Below, in pieces: positions 38,202-48,716 of a stretch of 64,000 bases of DNA; the stretch's first letter is position 1, and every line of letters begins with the position of its first letter. The stretch comes from an uncultured Actinomycetes bacterium. Its GTDB lineage: Bacteria > Actinomycetota > Acidimicrobiia > Spongiisociales > DATADW01. The notes below the pieces were generated by a model. That model worked only from the letters and a program-made list of their open reading frames with translations. It made no database searches and was not told where the DNA came from. The DNA is taken from the NCBI GenBank assembly GCA_963780745.1, contig CAWACT010000007.1:32909-96908 (forward strand), written 5' to 3'. Made by a program: the position numbers and the translations under genes.

Positions 38202-40562
38202 TCACCCCCTCCGCAAGCGGGCAGCGGCGGCTCGGGCGATGTCGTCGGGGGTGACCGGGATGCGATCGATCTCGATCCCCAGCGGAGAGAGGGCGTCGTT
38301 GACTGCGTTGAGGATCGCCGCCGGGGCGCCGATGGTGCCCCCCTCACCCATACCCTTCGCACCGGTGACGCTCACAGTCGACGGGGTCTCGAGATGCTGG
38401 ATCTCGATCGGCGGCACCTCGGCCGCGGTGGGGACCAGATAGTCCATGAAGGTCGCCGCCAGCGGCTGGCCTTCATCGTCGAACACCAGCCTCTCGTAGA
38501 GGGCGGCGCCGATCCCCTGCGCCACTCCCCCGCTGATCTGTCCATCGACGATCAAAGGGTTGATCATCACCCCGCAATCCTCGGTCACCAGGTAGCGGAC
38601 GATGCTCACCTGCCAGGTGGCAGGGTCGATCTCGACAACGGCGAGGTGGGCGGCGTTGGAGAACGTCCCGGGTGGGTCCGAAGAGCCCCACTCATCCAGC
38701 TCGGCCCGCTCGTCCGGCGGGAGCAGGTGGGGCGCGTGGTAAACCGAGCGCGCCAGTTCGGTCAGCGACATCCCCGACTCAGGAACTCCGCGCACCCCGA
38801 ATCGCCCGCCCTCGAACACCACGTCGTCGGGGGCCGCCTCCAAGAGGTGAGCTGCGATGCGGGTGAGCCGCTCCACCAGACGGTCGGCGGCCTGGGTGGC
38901 CGCGTCACCCGACAACACCACCGACCTGCTGGCGAAGGTTCCCCAGCCGTAAGGAACGGCGTCGGTGTCCCCTTGGACCACCCGTACCTGGGTCGGGGTC
39001 AGCGACAACCTGTCGGCAACCATCTGGGCAAGGGTCGTGGCGTGCCCTTGCCCATGTGAGACCGTGCCGGCAAGGACGGTTGCCCCACCTGAGGGGTCGA
39101 TGCGGACATGGGAGGTCTCGTATCCCGGGGTGATGCCCATCAGCCGCTGCCCGAACACCGGGGTGCCATATCCGGTGCGCTCGGAGAACACGGCCAACCC
39201 CACCCCGATGAGTGGCCGACCATCGCCGGGCGTGGCAGAAGCCGCACGCTGCGCCTTTCTCAACGACTCATAGCCGGCTTGAGCCACGACGCCATCGAGC
39301 GCCTCGAGGTAGCTCCCCTCGTCGTAGAGGATCCCGGTGGCGCCTAGGTAGGGGAACTCATCGCGTCTGATGAGGTTCCGCCTCCGTATCTCCACCGGGT
39401 CCATCTCCAGGCGAACCGCCGCCTTGTCCATGATCCGCTCCAATGCCAGCGTGATCTGGGGACGGGACACGCCCCGATAGGGCGCCATCGGCGGCTTGTT
39501 GGTGGCTATCGCCCGAGTGCGTGCGCTGTAGTGAGCCAGCCGGTAGGGCCCGGGCATCTCGGTGGCGGCCATGAGCGGCTCGACTCCGCCGGTGAACGGG
39601 TAGCAGTGGTAGGCCCCGACATCGCACAAGATGTCGGTGGCAAGCCCCAGCAGGGTGCCCGCGGCGTCGAAGCCGGCGCGGACGTGGTGACGTTGCTCGT
39701 GACCCTGGAAGGCGGACAGCAGGTTCTCCCGTCGGTCCTCCACCCACTTCACCGGCCGGCGGGTGAGCGCGGCGGCTGCCGCCACCGCCAGTTCCTCGCG
39801 GCCCACGGCGCACTTCTGCCCAAAGCCTCCACCGACGTCGGGAGCGACCACTCGGACCAGGTGCTCGGCCAGACCAAGCGTGTCGGCGATAGCGGTGCGC
39901 ACGATGTGCGGCACCTGGGTGGACATGTGCACGATCAGCCGCCCCTCGCGCCGATCCCATTCCGCCAACAATCCTCTGCCCTCCATCGGGGCAGCCGTGA
40001 CCCGGCCGGCGTCGAAGACGCCATCCACCACTACCGCCGCCCGGGAGAGCACGTCCTCCAGCGCCGGGTCCTGGAACATGGGGAGATCGAGCAGCACATT
40101 GCCGGGCGCGTCGGCGTGAACCGGCTCCGCGCCATCGGTGAGGGCGCCGTCGATGGTTGAGACCGCCGACCTCTCCTCGTAGTCCACCCACACCAGATCG
40201 GCGGCGTCTTCCGCCGCGCTGCGGGTCTCCGCCAACACGAGTGCGACCGGCTCGCCGACATACCTGACGCTGTCGACGGCCAGCAACGGCATCTCGGTGG
40301 GAACGAACTGGGGGCGGTGGAGTACCGGACGAAGGGGGTTGGTGTGGGCGAGGTCGCCTGCGGTCAGCACGGCGGCGACGCCAGGCGCGGTGCGGGCGTC
40401 GGAGGTATCGACTCCGTCGAAAGCGGCGGAGGCGACCGGCGACCTGACCATCGCGACGTGGAGCAGACCGGGCCGGGAGAAGTCGTCCACGAACCGGGTG
40501 TCCCCGGTGAGGAAGTGCTCATCCTCGAGCCGCGTGATCGATGCACCGACCCAGGTGGTCAT
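38202..40562 (-). CDS. xanthine dehydrogenase/CO dehydrogenase family molybdopterin-binding large subunit
   Basis: ITRLEDEHFLTGDTRFVDD N-terminus and the molybdopterin-binding body. It is intact over 786 aa. No adjacent small or medium subunit genes. Confidence 0.8.
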   Translation of the reverse strand: MTTWVGASITRLEDEHFLTGDTRFVDDFSRPGLLHVAMVRSPVASAAFDGVDTSDARTAPGVAAVLTAGDLAHTNPLRPVLHRPQFVPTEMPLLAVDSVRYVGEPVALVLAETRSAAEDAADLVWVDYEERSAVSTIDGALTDGAEPVHADAPGNVLLDLPMFQDPALEDVLSRAAVVVDGVFDAGRVTAAPMEGRGLLAEWDRREGRLIVHMSTQVPHIVRTAIADTLGLAEHLVRVVAPDVGGGFGQKCAVGREELAVAAAAALTRRPVKWVEDRRENLLSAFQGHEQRHHVRAGFDAAGTLLGLATDILCDVGAYHCYPFTGGVEPLMAATEMPGPYRLAHYSARTRAIATNKPPMAPYRGVSRPQITLALERIMDKAAVRLEMDPVEIRRRNLIRRDEFPYLGATGILYDEGSYLEALDGVVAQAGYESLRKAQRAASATPGDGRPLIGVGLAVFSERTGYGTPVFGQRLMGITPGYETSHVRIDPSGGATVLAGTVSHGQGHATTLAQMVADRLSLTPTQVRVVQGDTDAVPYGWGTFASRSVVLSGDAATQAADRLVERLTRIAAHLLEAAPDDVVFEGGRFGVRGVPESGMSLTELARSVYHAPHLLPPDERAELDEWGSSDPPGTFSNAAHLAVVEIDPATWQVSIVRYLVTEDCGVMINPLIVDGQISGGVAQGIGAALYERLVFDDEGQPLAATFMDYLVPTAAEVPPIEIQHLETPSTVSVTGAKGMGEGGTIGAPAAILNAVNDALSPLGIEIDRIPVTPDDIARAAAARLRRG

Positions 40563-40722
40563 CGACCGTCCCGGTGGTGGACCGCAATCACCCTGTGTCC
40601 CGGCTGAACGTCATCGACCGAATCTTTGCATTCGACGGAGCGCTGCATCGACCGATGAGCCGTCACTAGATTCCCGCAACCGGCACAAGACGGACCGAAA
40701 GCGTGGGTGGGGCATCAAGGCG

Positions 40723-41718
40723 ATGAGATTCGGGTTGCGACTCCCTTCGTATGCATGGCCGGCCATGGGCTACGACGAGGCGGCAGGGTTGCTCGATTAC
40801 TGCAGGAGGGTGGAGGCCGGTCCCTACGACGACCTCTGGGTGATCGACCACCTCCTGGTTTCCAAAGGCGTGTACGGCGTCTCCTGGCTCGACTCGCTCG
40901 TGGTCCTCTCCGCAGCCGCCGGGGTCACCTCGCGGGTCGGGCTGGGGACTGCGGCTCTGGTGCTCCCCCTGCGCCACCCGGTGATCCTGGCAAAGGAGAT
41001 CGCCTCGATCCACCTGCTCTCGGGAGGACGGTTCCGGTTCGGGGTTGCGGTGGGGTGGGACCCGGACGAGTTCGAGGCGGTTGGTGTCCCGCTCCGCGAG
41101 CGGGGGAAGCGCACCGACGAGGCCATCGCGCTGATACGGCTCCTCCTCACCGAGGAGGAGGTGACGTTCCGGGGCCGTTTCTGGGAGGTGGAGGGGGTGA
41201 CGATCCACCCCCGGATCCCCGACCCTCCCCCGCTGTGGGTTGCCGGCGGGTCGCTGACCCACGCCCCGGACACGCCAGACAAGCCGTTCATGGCAAAGGG
41301 AGTGCTCGACCGGATCGCTCAGGCATCCGGCTGGATGGCCCGCTCCTCGGGCTCGGACCCAGGCGACGTAAAACGCGACTGGCAGGTGGTCCGCAGCCAC
41401 CTGGAGGCGCAGGGCCGTGATCCCGACGATCTCGTCTTCGCCGCCACCCAGTTCCTCCATGTGACCGAGACGGGCCGTCGCTCGGAGGCGTTGGAGGTGC
41501 AGATCCCCCGATTCCTCGACGTCATGGGGGACCATCGCACCGTCGAGGACCTGCAGGCCTCCTACCTCACCGGGACCGTGGAGGACATGAGAGGCGCCAT
41601 CGCCGAACTCGCGTCGGCGGGGCTGCAGTACCTGATACTCACCCCGTTGGTCAACGACCCAGGGCAACTCGACCTGATCACCCGCCACATCGTCCAGCCC
41701 ATGCTGGATGGTGGCTGA
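40723..41718 (+). CDS. luciferase-like monooxygenase (LLM class) flavin/F420-dependent oxidoreductase
   Basis: WVIDHLL...LGTAALVLPLRHPVILAKEIASIHLLSGGRFRFGVAVGW TIM-barrel LLM signature. Confidence 0.75.
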   Translation: MRFGLRLPSYAWPAMGYDEAAGLLDYCRRVEAGPYDDLWVIDHLLVSKGVYGVSWLDSLVVLSAAAGVTSRVGLGTAALVLPLRHPVILAKEIASIHLLSGGRFRFGVAVGWDPDEFEAVGVPLRERGKRTDEAIALIRLLLTEEEVTFRGRFWEVEGVTIHPRIPDPPPLWVAGGSLTHAPDTPDKPFMAKGVLDRIAQASGWMARSSGSDPGDVKRDWQVVRSHLEAQGRDPDDLVFAATQFLHVTETGRRSEALEVQIPRFLDVMGDHRTVEDLQASYLTGTVEDMRGAIAELASAGLQYLILTPLVNDPGQLDLITRHIVQPMLDGG

Positions 41719-41771
41719 AGGAGCATCGCCATGACCGGTACGGCCGCGGCAGGACAACTGGGGCGAAGCAC

Positions 41772-42350
41772 ATGGAACTGAGCATCCGGAAGCTGGTCAT
41801 CTGGATCGACGAGACCAGGACCGAGATGGGCCAACCAGTGGATCCGCCGGTGACCCGGGTAATCGCCGCCGCTGTGGTGACCAACCCCTACGCCGGACGG
41901 TATGTCGAGGACCTAAGTGAGTTGGCCGAGGCCAGCGTCGCGCTCTCCACCCTCCTCGCCGGGCGGGCGGCGGCGCAGCTTGGAGGCCGGGCCGTCCACT
42001 CTTTCGGAAAGGCCGGGATCGTGGGGGTGCGGGGCGAGCTGGAGCACGTGGCGGCGATGCTCCACCCCAAGTTCGGCAACCCCCTGCGCGACGCGAGCGG
42101 CGGAGGCAAGGCGATCATCCCGTCGGCCAAGAAGCGAGGCGGTCCGGGAACACCGATTGATGTCCCGCTGCACTACAAGGACGCCGCCTTCGTCCGCAGT
42201 CACTTCGATGCGGCCGAGCTGCGCATCGTCGACGCCCCCGCCGACGACGAGATGGTGATCGCGGTGGCGGTGACCGACGGTGGCCGTCCCCTGCCGCGGG
42301 TCGGTGGGCTGACCGTCGCCGAGGCGGTCGGCGAGGACGGGCTGAGGTGA
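41772..42350 (+). CDS. DUF1185 (amino-acid-synthesis family) protein
   Basis: About 190 aa. It sits adjacent to amidohydrolase and transport genes. Assignment is by weak recall of the family; treat as hypothetical. Confidence 0.4.
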   Translation: MELSIRKLVIWIDETRTEMGQPVDPPVTRVIAAAVVTNPYAGRYVEDLSELAEASVALSTLLAGRAAAQLGGRAVHSFGKAGIVGVRGELEHVAAMLHPKFGNPLRDASGGGKAIIPSAKKRGGPGTPIDVPLHYKDAAFVRSHFDAAELRIVDAPADDEMVIAVAVTDGGRPLPRVGGLTVAEAVGEDGLR

Positions 42351-42372
42351 CAACGGCGAATGGCAGGCGCTG

Positions 42373-43551
42373 ATGGCCGACCTCGCCATCGTCAATGCCG
42401 CCACCGTGGTGAGCGGCGACGTCAACGCCCCGATCGCCGACGCCGACAGCATCCTGGTGCGGGATGGCCTGATAGCCGAGGTGGGTCGGGGTCTCGACCC
42501 CGGAGACATCGACAAGGTCATCGACTGCGGCGGGGCAACCGTCATGCCCGGGCTGATCGACTCGCACATCCATCCTGTCATAGGCGACTTCTCACCGCGG
42601 CAGCGGATCCTCGACTTCCTGGAGAGCTACGCCCACGGCGGGGTGACCACCATGATCTCCGCCGGCGAACCCCACACCCCGGGCCGGCCTACCGACCGGG
42701 CAGGGGTCAAGGCACTCGCCATCCTGGCGGCGCGATCGTTCCTATCGGTGCGCCCCGGCGGGGCCAAGGTGGTCGCCGGGGCCGTCTTGCTCGAAACCGG
42801 GCTCACCGAGGATGACTTTGCCGAGATGGCGGACGCCGGGGTGCGGCTCGTGGGGGAGATCGGGATCTCGGGGGTGAAGGATCCGGCGGAGGCTGAGCCC
42901 ATGGTTCGCTGGGCCCAGGCTCACGGCATGAAGGTCGTCGTCCACACCGGCGGGGCGTCGATCCCGGGTAGTGGGGTCATCGGCGCCGACTTCGTCCTCG
43001 CCGTCCGCCCGGACGTGGCTGCGCACGTCAATGGCGGACCGACGGCGCCTCCGCTGAGCGACGTCGCACGGATCATCGACGAGTCGGATGCGGCCATAGA
43101 GGTGGTCCACAACGGCAACGTCAAGGCATGCGGCGAGGTCGTCGCGCTCGCCGCACAGCGGGGGGCTCTCGACCGTGTCCTCGTTGGAACCGACTCGCCG
43201 GCGGGGACCGGTGTTGTGCCACTCGGCGTGCTGCGCACCGTCTCATGGGCGGCGGCCTTCGGCGGTGTGCCACCGGAGGTGGCGGTGTCTTTCGCCACCG
43301 GCAACACCGCCCGGGTCCACGGGCTGAACCGGGGCCTGATTGCTTCCGGGTCGGAAGCCGATCTCATCATCGCCGACGCCCCGCTCGGGTCGCAGGCCGG
43401 CGACGCCCTCGGCTCCTTGGCGATCGGCGATACCCCGGCCGTCTACGCATCGGTGACCGATGGCGTCGTCCGGTTCGTCAAGTCCCGCAACACCCCGCCC
43501 CCCGTCAGGACCATCTCGATCCCCTGGATGGCGACTGGGGGTGGGCATTGA
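42373..43551 (+). CDS. metal-dependent amidohydrolase (enamidase/Amidohydro_1-like)
   Basis: N-terminal beta-sandwich, then GLIDSHIHPV metal-binding start and a downstream HTGGAS..VHNG block. Confidence 0.7.
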   Translation: MADLAIVNAATVVSGDVNAPIADADSILVRDGLIAEVGRGLDPGDIDKVIDCGGATVMPGLIDSHIHPVIGDFSPRQRILDFLESYAHGGVTTMISAGEPHTPGRPTDRAGVKALAILAARSFLSVRPGGAKVVAGAVLLETGLTEDDFAEMADAGVRLVGEIGISGVKDPAEAEPMVRWAQAHGMKVVVHTGGASIPGSGVIGADFVLAVRPDVAAHVNGGPTAPPLSDVARIIDESDAAIEVVHNGNVKACGEVVALAAQRGALDRVLVGTDSPAGTGVVPLGVLRTVSWAAAFGGVPPEVAVSFATGNTARVHGLNRGLIASGSEADLIIADAPLGSQAGDALGSLAIGDTPAVYASVTDGVVRFVKSRNTPPPVRTISIPWMATGGGH

Positions 43552-45049
43552 CCGTCCGCACCCTTCGCAACCTCGCCGGCGGCGAGTGGGTGGAGCCCGC
43601 TGGAGACCACGTCGACGTGCTCGACCCGGCATCGGGAGAGGTCATCGCCCGCCAACCCAGTTCAACCGATGCGGATCTCGACGCGGTTGTGGGCGCCGCG
43701 GCCAGCGCCTTCTGGGAATGGAGAATGAAGCCGGTCCCCCAACGGGCCGCGACTCTCTTCCGCTTCCGCGAGTTGGTGAGCGGCGCCATCGACGAGCTCT
43801 CCGCGCTCACCGTTGCCGAGAACGGCAAGACCCTTCCCGAGGCCAAAGGCGAGCTGTTGCGCGGCCTCCAGTACATCGAGCATGCCTGCGCCATCCCCGA
43901 GTTGATGAAGGGCGCGGCCTCCGAGGAGATCGGCACCGGGGTGGACACCGAGTACATCCGAGAGCCGCTCGGCGTCTTTGCCATCGTCGCCCCTTTCAAC
44001 TTCCCGGCCATGATCCCGCTCTACTTCACCTGGGCCGTCGCCTGCGGGAACACGGTCGTGATCAAGCCGTCCGAGCACTGTCCGCTGACCGCAGTGAGGC
44101 TGGCCGAGCTGGCCGGTGATGCCGGCTTCCCCCCCGGTGTCGTCAACCTTGTGCTGGGTGGCGCCGATGTGGTCGGCGGTCTGGCCTCGCATCCGATGGT
44201 CGCAGGCCTCTCCTTCGTCGGCTCCTCCGAGGTGGCCCGCCGCGTCGTACACGATGACCACGGCCGCGGGGAAGCGGTGCCAGAGCCAAGGCGGCTCCAA
44301 GAACCACATGGTCGTGACGGACAGCGCGGTGGTGGAGAGGTGTCTCCCCAACATCGTCTCCTCGATGCTGGGCAACTCATCGCAGCGGTGTTTCGCCGGC
44401 TCAAACCTCCTGATCTACGACGAGGTGTGGGACGACGTCGTGCCGGCCCTGCTCGACCAGGTGCGGGACCTCCGTCTCGGCCATGGGATGGACCCGTCGA
44501 CGACCATGGGTCCGGTTATCTCGGCGGCAGCGCTCCGGCTGTTGGAGGAGTCGGTCGAGACCGCTCTGGACCAGGGCGCAGAGTTGTTGGTAGACGGGCG
44601 GGCCGCCACCGTGGACGGTTACCCCGGTGGGTTCTGGCTCGGGCCGACCATGCTGCGTCGCCGAGCCGGGGATGGAGGTTTTCGACCGCGAGCTCTTTGG
44701 GCCGGTGCGATGTCTGCGCCGGGTCGGCGGGCTGGATGAGGCGCTCGAGATCGTCAACGCCAGCACCTATGGGCACACCGCGGTGGTGTACACCGAGAAG
44801 GGAGGGGTTGCCCGGGAGTTCCGACAGCGGGCCCAGGTGGGCCAGGTGGGGATCAACGTGGGGACACCTGCGCCGATCGCCTTCTACCCGGTTGGGGGGC
44901 GCAAGACATCGCTCTTTGGCTCCCACCGCGGTCGGGCGAACGATGCTGTCGACTTCTACACGGACAAGAAGGTCGTGGTCACCACGTGGTACGGCGATAC
45001 CGGTCGCCGGGCGGCGGTAGACCCCGCATTCCCGACAGCGGGCAGGTAA
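43546..45049 (+). pseudogene. mmsA: CoA-acylating methylmalonate-semialdehyde dehydrogenase-like aldehyde dehydrogenase with about 2 frameshifts (near 44250 and 44680)
   Basis: RTLRNLAGGEWVE...FNFPAMIPLYFTWAVACGNTVVIKPSE (frame 1); KNHMVV...HGMDPSTTMGPVIS (frame 2); EVFDRELFGPV...YGHTAVVYT...QVGINV (frame 3). Confidence 0.75.
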
Positions 45050-45093
45050 TCAAGAGGACGGGACGAGGATCCAAGCGAGAAGGAGGCGGTGTT

Positions 45094-46254
45094 ATGCGAC
45101 TGCGGCGGATGGTCACGATGGCGGTGGCGTTGGCGGTGGCGGTGGCGGCTTGCGGCGGTGGGGCCGCCGAGGAGACCGACCCGATCTCTATCGGGATAAT
45201 CGCCGACCTCACCGGGCCGTTCACCACATACGGCACCTCGCTCGACCGCAGCGCCCGGCTTGCGATCAACGAGATCAACGAGGACGGCGGCATCGACGGG
45301 CGGCAGGTCGAGGTGACCACCGAGGACATCCAGACCGACGTCGCCGCCACCGTGGACAAGGCGCGCCAGTTGGTGGAGAGCGACGAGGTGGACCTTGTGA
45401 TGGGGCCGATCGGGTCCGACGCCAACGACGCCGCCGCCCAGGCGGTCGTCGAGGACAACGGGGCGCTGCTCTTCTATACGGAGACCTACGAGGGCGGGAA
45501 GTGCCTCCCCACCTACTTCTCGTTTGGCGCCGTCCCTGCACAGCAGATCCGCCCCTTCATCCCGGTGCTCCAGGAAGAGTTCGGTCCGCGGGTCCTGCTC
45601 TTCGGGGCCGACTACGTCTGGCCCCGCCGCAGCTTCGAGATCGCCAAGCCGATCATCGAGGAGAACGGTGGCGAGGTCGTCGGCGAGATCTACCTGCCGC
45701 TGGTTGCAGAGGACTTCACCGAGTTGGTCAGCGCGGTGCGCGACACGCAGCCCGACTACATGTTCTCGCTCTACCCGGCGGCGTTCGCCCCCGCCCTGCA
45801 GGCTCTGGACGACGCCGGTCTGCTCGAGGGCCTCGGCCAGGGCAACATCTTCGTCGGAGACCCGGATCTGCCCGGCGTCATCGACCTCGCCCAGGGGATG
45901 TACACCACGCTCCCCTACTTCACCGCCATAGACACACCGGAGGCGACCGAGTTCCTCGAGGCCTTCCAGGCCGAGTTCGGCGAGGATGCGATCCCTTCGG
46001 GCGGTGAAGGCGTCGGCGCCTACGTGGCCGTACACCTCTACAAGCAGGCCGTGGAGCAGGCGGGCACCACCGACCCCGAGGCGGTCGCCGAGGCGATGGT
46101 GGGCCAGACGTTCGCCGGCCCGACGGGCACGGTCGAAGTGATGCCGTCCCACCACCTCCAGCAGACCATCAACATGGTGAGGGCCGAGGGCGACGGCTAT
46201 GTCCTGGTCGACTCGTTCGCCGACCAGGATCCGGAGGAGGACTGCGAGCTGTGA
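45094..46254 (+). CDS. ABC transporter substrate-binding lipoprotein, branched-chain amino acid (LivK/Peripla_BP_6) type
   Basis: Signal plus lipobox AVAAC, and ISIGIIADLTGPF...GGIDGRQVEV. Confidence 0.8.
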   Translation: MRLRRMVTMAVALAVAVAACGGGAAEETDPISIGIIADLTGPFTTYGTSLDRSARLAINEINEDGGIDGRQVEVTTEDIQTDVAATVDKARQLVESDEVDLVMGPIGSDANDAAAQAVVEDNGALLFYTETYEGGKCLPTYFSFGAVPAQQIRPFIPVLQEEFGPRVLLFGADYVWPRRSFEIAKPIIEENGGEVVGEIYLPLVAEDFTELVSAVRDTQPDYMFSLYPAAFAPALQALDDAGLLEGLGQGNIFVGDPDLPGVIDLAQGMYTTLPYFTAIDTPEATEFLEAFQAEFGEDAIPSGGEGVGAYVAVHLYKQAVEQAGTTDPEAVAEAMVGQTFAGPTGTVEVMPSHHLQQTINMVRAEGDGYVLVDSFADQDPEEDCEL

Positions 46255-46273
46255 TCTCATCCCGGCGTCGGCG

Positions 46274-47293
46274 ATGGCGACAGAACAGCCCATCCTGACG
46301 CCGGGGGCGGACGCACCGCCGAGACGCGGGCTCCGGCTGCCGTCGCGGCGTGTCATCGAGTTGGCAGGGGTCGGCTTGCTCGTGGTGGCGCCGGTTGTCC
46401 TGGGCGACAGCTTCGCCGTCGACCGGCTCGGTCGCTACCTGCTGCTCGCCGCCTTTGCCATGACCGTCGATGTGGTCTGGGGCTACGGCGGCATGTTCAC
46501 CTTTGGCCATGCCGCCTTCTTCGGAGGGGCCGCCTATGTGGTGGCCATCCTCACCACCCAGCAGTACTGGGTGCTCCCTCTCCCGCTGTGGCCGGCAGTG
46601 GCTATCGCCGTCGTGGTGGCGGCGGCGCTGGCATGGGCCATCGGCGCCTTCACCTTCTCCGGCAGGTTCGCCCTGCGTGGGGTGGAGTTCGCCGTGGTGA
46701 CGCTCGCCGTGTCCTTCCTGTTGGAGAGGCTGATGAACGCCGGGGGGTCGGTGACCGGCGGGCAGAACGGGATCCTGTTCGACGTCCGGCTCGAGATCGG
46801 ACCACTCGACCTGCAGCGCCGTCTGCCCTTCTACATGCTCGCCACCGTCATCCTGGTGGCGGCGTACTTTGGATTGCGCCGCTTCGTCACCGCCAGGACC
46901 GGTCTGGTCAACCTGGGCATCAGGGAGGACGAGGACAGGGTGGCTCTTCTCGGCTACCGGGTGCCTGCGGTGAAACGGGGCGTGTTGGTGCTGTCGGCGG
47001 CACTCGCCGGTTTCTTCGGGTCGTTGTATTACGTCCACGAGGGGATCGTGTCGCCGTCGGCGGTCGGTGTCGACGCTTCGACGCTGGTCCTGTTGTGGGT
47101 GGTACTTGGCGGGCGGGGGACCCTGATCGGCCCGGTGGTGGGGGCGGTCCTGCTCAACATGCTCACGGCCAGCCTCTCTGGGACGCTGCTCGGGACCTGG
47201 CTCGTCGTGGTGGGGGTGGTGCTCGTTGCGGTCATCCTCTTCTTCCCGAGCGGCTTGTTCGGGTTCCTCTCGGGCCCCGAGGGACGCCGATGA
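46274..47293 (+). CDS. livM: branched-chain amino acid ABC transporter permease (LivM-like)
   Basis: 10 TM, GYGGMFTFGHAAFFGGAAY motif. Confidence 0.75.
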   Translation: MATEQPILTPGADAPPRRGLRLPSRRVIELAGVGLLVVAPVVLGDSFAVDRLGRYLLLAAFAMTVDVVWGYGGMFTFGHAAFFGGAAYVVAILTTQQYWVLPLPLWPAVAIAVVVAAALAWAIGAFTFSGRFALRGVEFAVVTLAVSFLLERLMNAGGSVTGGQNGILFDVRLEIGPLDLQRRLPFYMLATVILVAAYFGLRRFVTARTGLVNLGIREDEDRVALLGYRVPAVKRGVLVLSAALAGFFGSLYYVHEGIVSPSAVGVDASTLVLLWVVLGGRGTLIGPVVGAVLLNMLTASLSGTLLGTWLVVVGVVLVAVILFFPSGLFGFLSGPEGRR

Positions 47294-48021
47294 CGGCCTC
47301 GGCCGTGCTGGAGCTGCGCGGTATATCCACCATGTTCGGCGGCTACAAGGCGCTCGACCGGGTCGACTTCACGGTCGACCGGGGCGAGGTGCGCGGGCTG
47401 ATCGGCTCGAACGGGGCGGGCAAGTCAACCCTGCTCAACGTGGTGGTGGGCCGGGTGGAGCCCGATGCCGGTTCGGTGATGTTCCTCGGCACCGACATAC
47501 GGACCGTGCCGGGGTGGCGGCGCGCCCGGCTCGGGATCGCGCTCAAGTTCCAGGTCAGCTCGGTGTTCGAGCGGCTCAGCATCGAGGAGAACATGCGGCT
47601 CGGGGCCCAGCCGAAGGAGCGCGGCGGTAACAGCAACCTGGGTGTGGTGGACGATGTGCTCGACCTGGTTGGGCTGGGACCGAAGAGGAAACAGGTTGCC
47701 GCCGAGCTCGGACACGGAGAGCGGCAGTGGCTGGAGATCGGGATGGTGCTGCTCACAGGGCCCAAGCTGTTGCTACTCGATGAGCCCACCTCGGGGATGA
47801 CGTTGGGCGAGAGTCACCACACCGCCGAGTTGATCGACCTGCTGCGGCGCTCGGGCCGGGTAGAGGCCATGGTGGTGGTAGAGCACGACATCGACTTCAT
47901 CAGGCTGGTCAGCGACCGGGTCACGGTGTTACACCGGGGCCGGGTGCTCGCATCCGGCGAGGTGGACGAGGTCCAGGCAGACCCGGCGGTGCGCGACGCA
48001 TACCTAGGTCGACTGCAGTGA
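47290..48021 (+). CDS. livG: ABC transporter ATP-binding protein (LivG-like)
   Basis: Walker A GSNGAGKST, signature, Walker B LLLLDEPTSG. Confidence 0.85.
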   Translation: MTASAVLELRGISTMFGGYKALDRVDFTVDRGEVRGLIGSNGAGKSTLLNVVVGRVEPDAGSVMFLGTDIRTVPGWRRARLGIALKFQVSSVFERLSIEENMRLGAQPKERGGNSNLGVVDDVLDLVGLGPKRKQVAAELGHGERQWLEIGMVLLTGPKLLLLDEPTSGMTLGESHHTAELIDLLRRSGRVEAMVVVEHDIDFIRLVSDRVTVLHRGRVLASGEVDEVQADPAVRDAYLGRLQ

Positions 48022-48716
48022 GCGAGGCCGCACTCGAGCTTTCCGAAGTCAGCGCCGGGTATGGAACGGCACGGGTCCTCTGGGAGGTGACGCTGCGAGT
48101 TGGTGCCGGCGAGGTGGGGTGCCTGCTCGGCCGCAACGGAGCGGGCAAGACGACTCTCCTCAAAACGGTGATGGGCTTGTTGAGGCCGGAGACCGGGAGA
48201 GTGCGTGCCCTGGGACGTGACATCACCGGCTGGCCGGGGCACCGGGTCCGACGGTCTGGGATGGTGTGGGTCCCTCAGGACGACGGGGTCTTCCCCGGAC
48301 TCACCGTCCAAGAGCACCTCGCTCTGGCGACCGGCGATGACGATGCCGATGCCGTGGTGACGCGGGTCGCCGAATGGTTCCCGGTGCTCGCCGAGCGTCG
48401 CCATCAGGAAGCGCAGACGCTCTCCGGTGGCGAGAGGAAGATGCTCGGGATAGCCCAGGCACTGGTCACGGATCCGCAGTTGCTCCTACTCGACGAGCCC
48501 ACCGAGGGGGTGGCGCCGCAGGTGGTCGAGCAACTCCTCGAGGTCCTCGCCGGCGCAACCGATGGTCGCTCCGTGCTGCTGGTGGAGCAGAACATAGACA
48601 CCGCCCTCACCCTGGGCGGGACCGCCTACGTCCTCGAGGAGGGCCGGGTTGTCGCCGCAGGGCCCCTGGCCGAACTGCACGACAGCGGTGAGCTGCACCG
48701 CCGGCTGACGCTGTGA
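48018..48716 (+). CDS. livF: ABC transporter ATP-binding protein (LivF-like)
   Basis: Walker A GRNGAGKTT, LSGGERKML, LLLLDEPTEG. Confidence 0.85.
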   Translation: MSEAALELSEVSAGYGTARVLWEVTLRVGAGEVGCLLGRNGAGKTTLLKTVMGLLRPETGRVRALGRDITGWPGHRVRRSGMVWVPQDDGVFPGLTVQEHLALATGDDDADAVVTRVAEWFPVLAERRHQEAQTLSGGERKMLGIAQALVTDPQLLLLDEPTEGVAPQVVEQLLEVLAGATDGRSVLLVEQNIDTALTLGGTAYVLEEGRVVAAGPLAELHDSGELHRRLTL

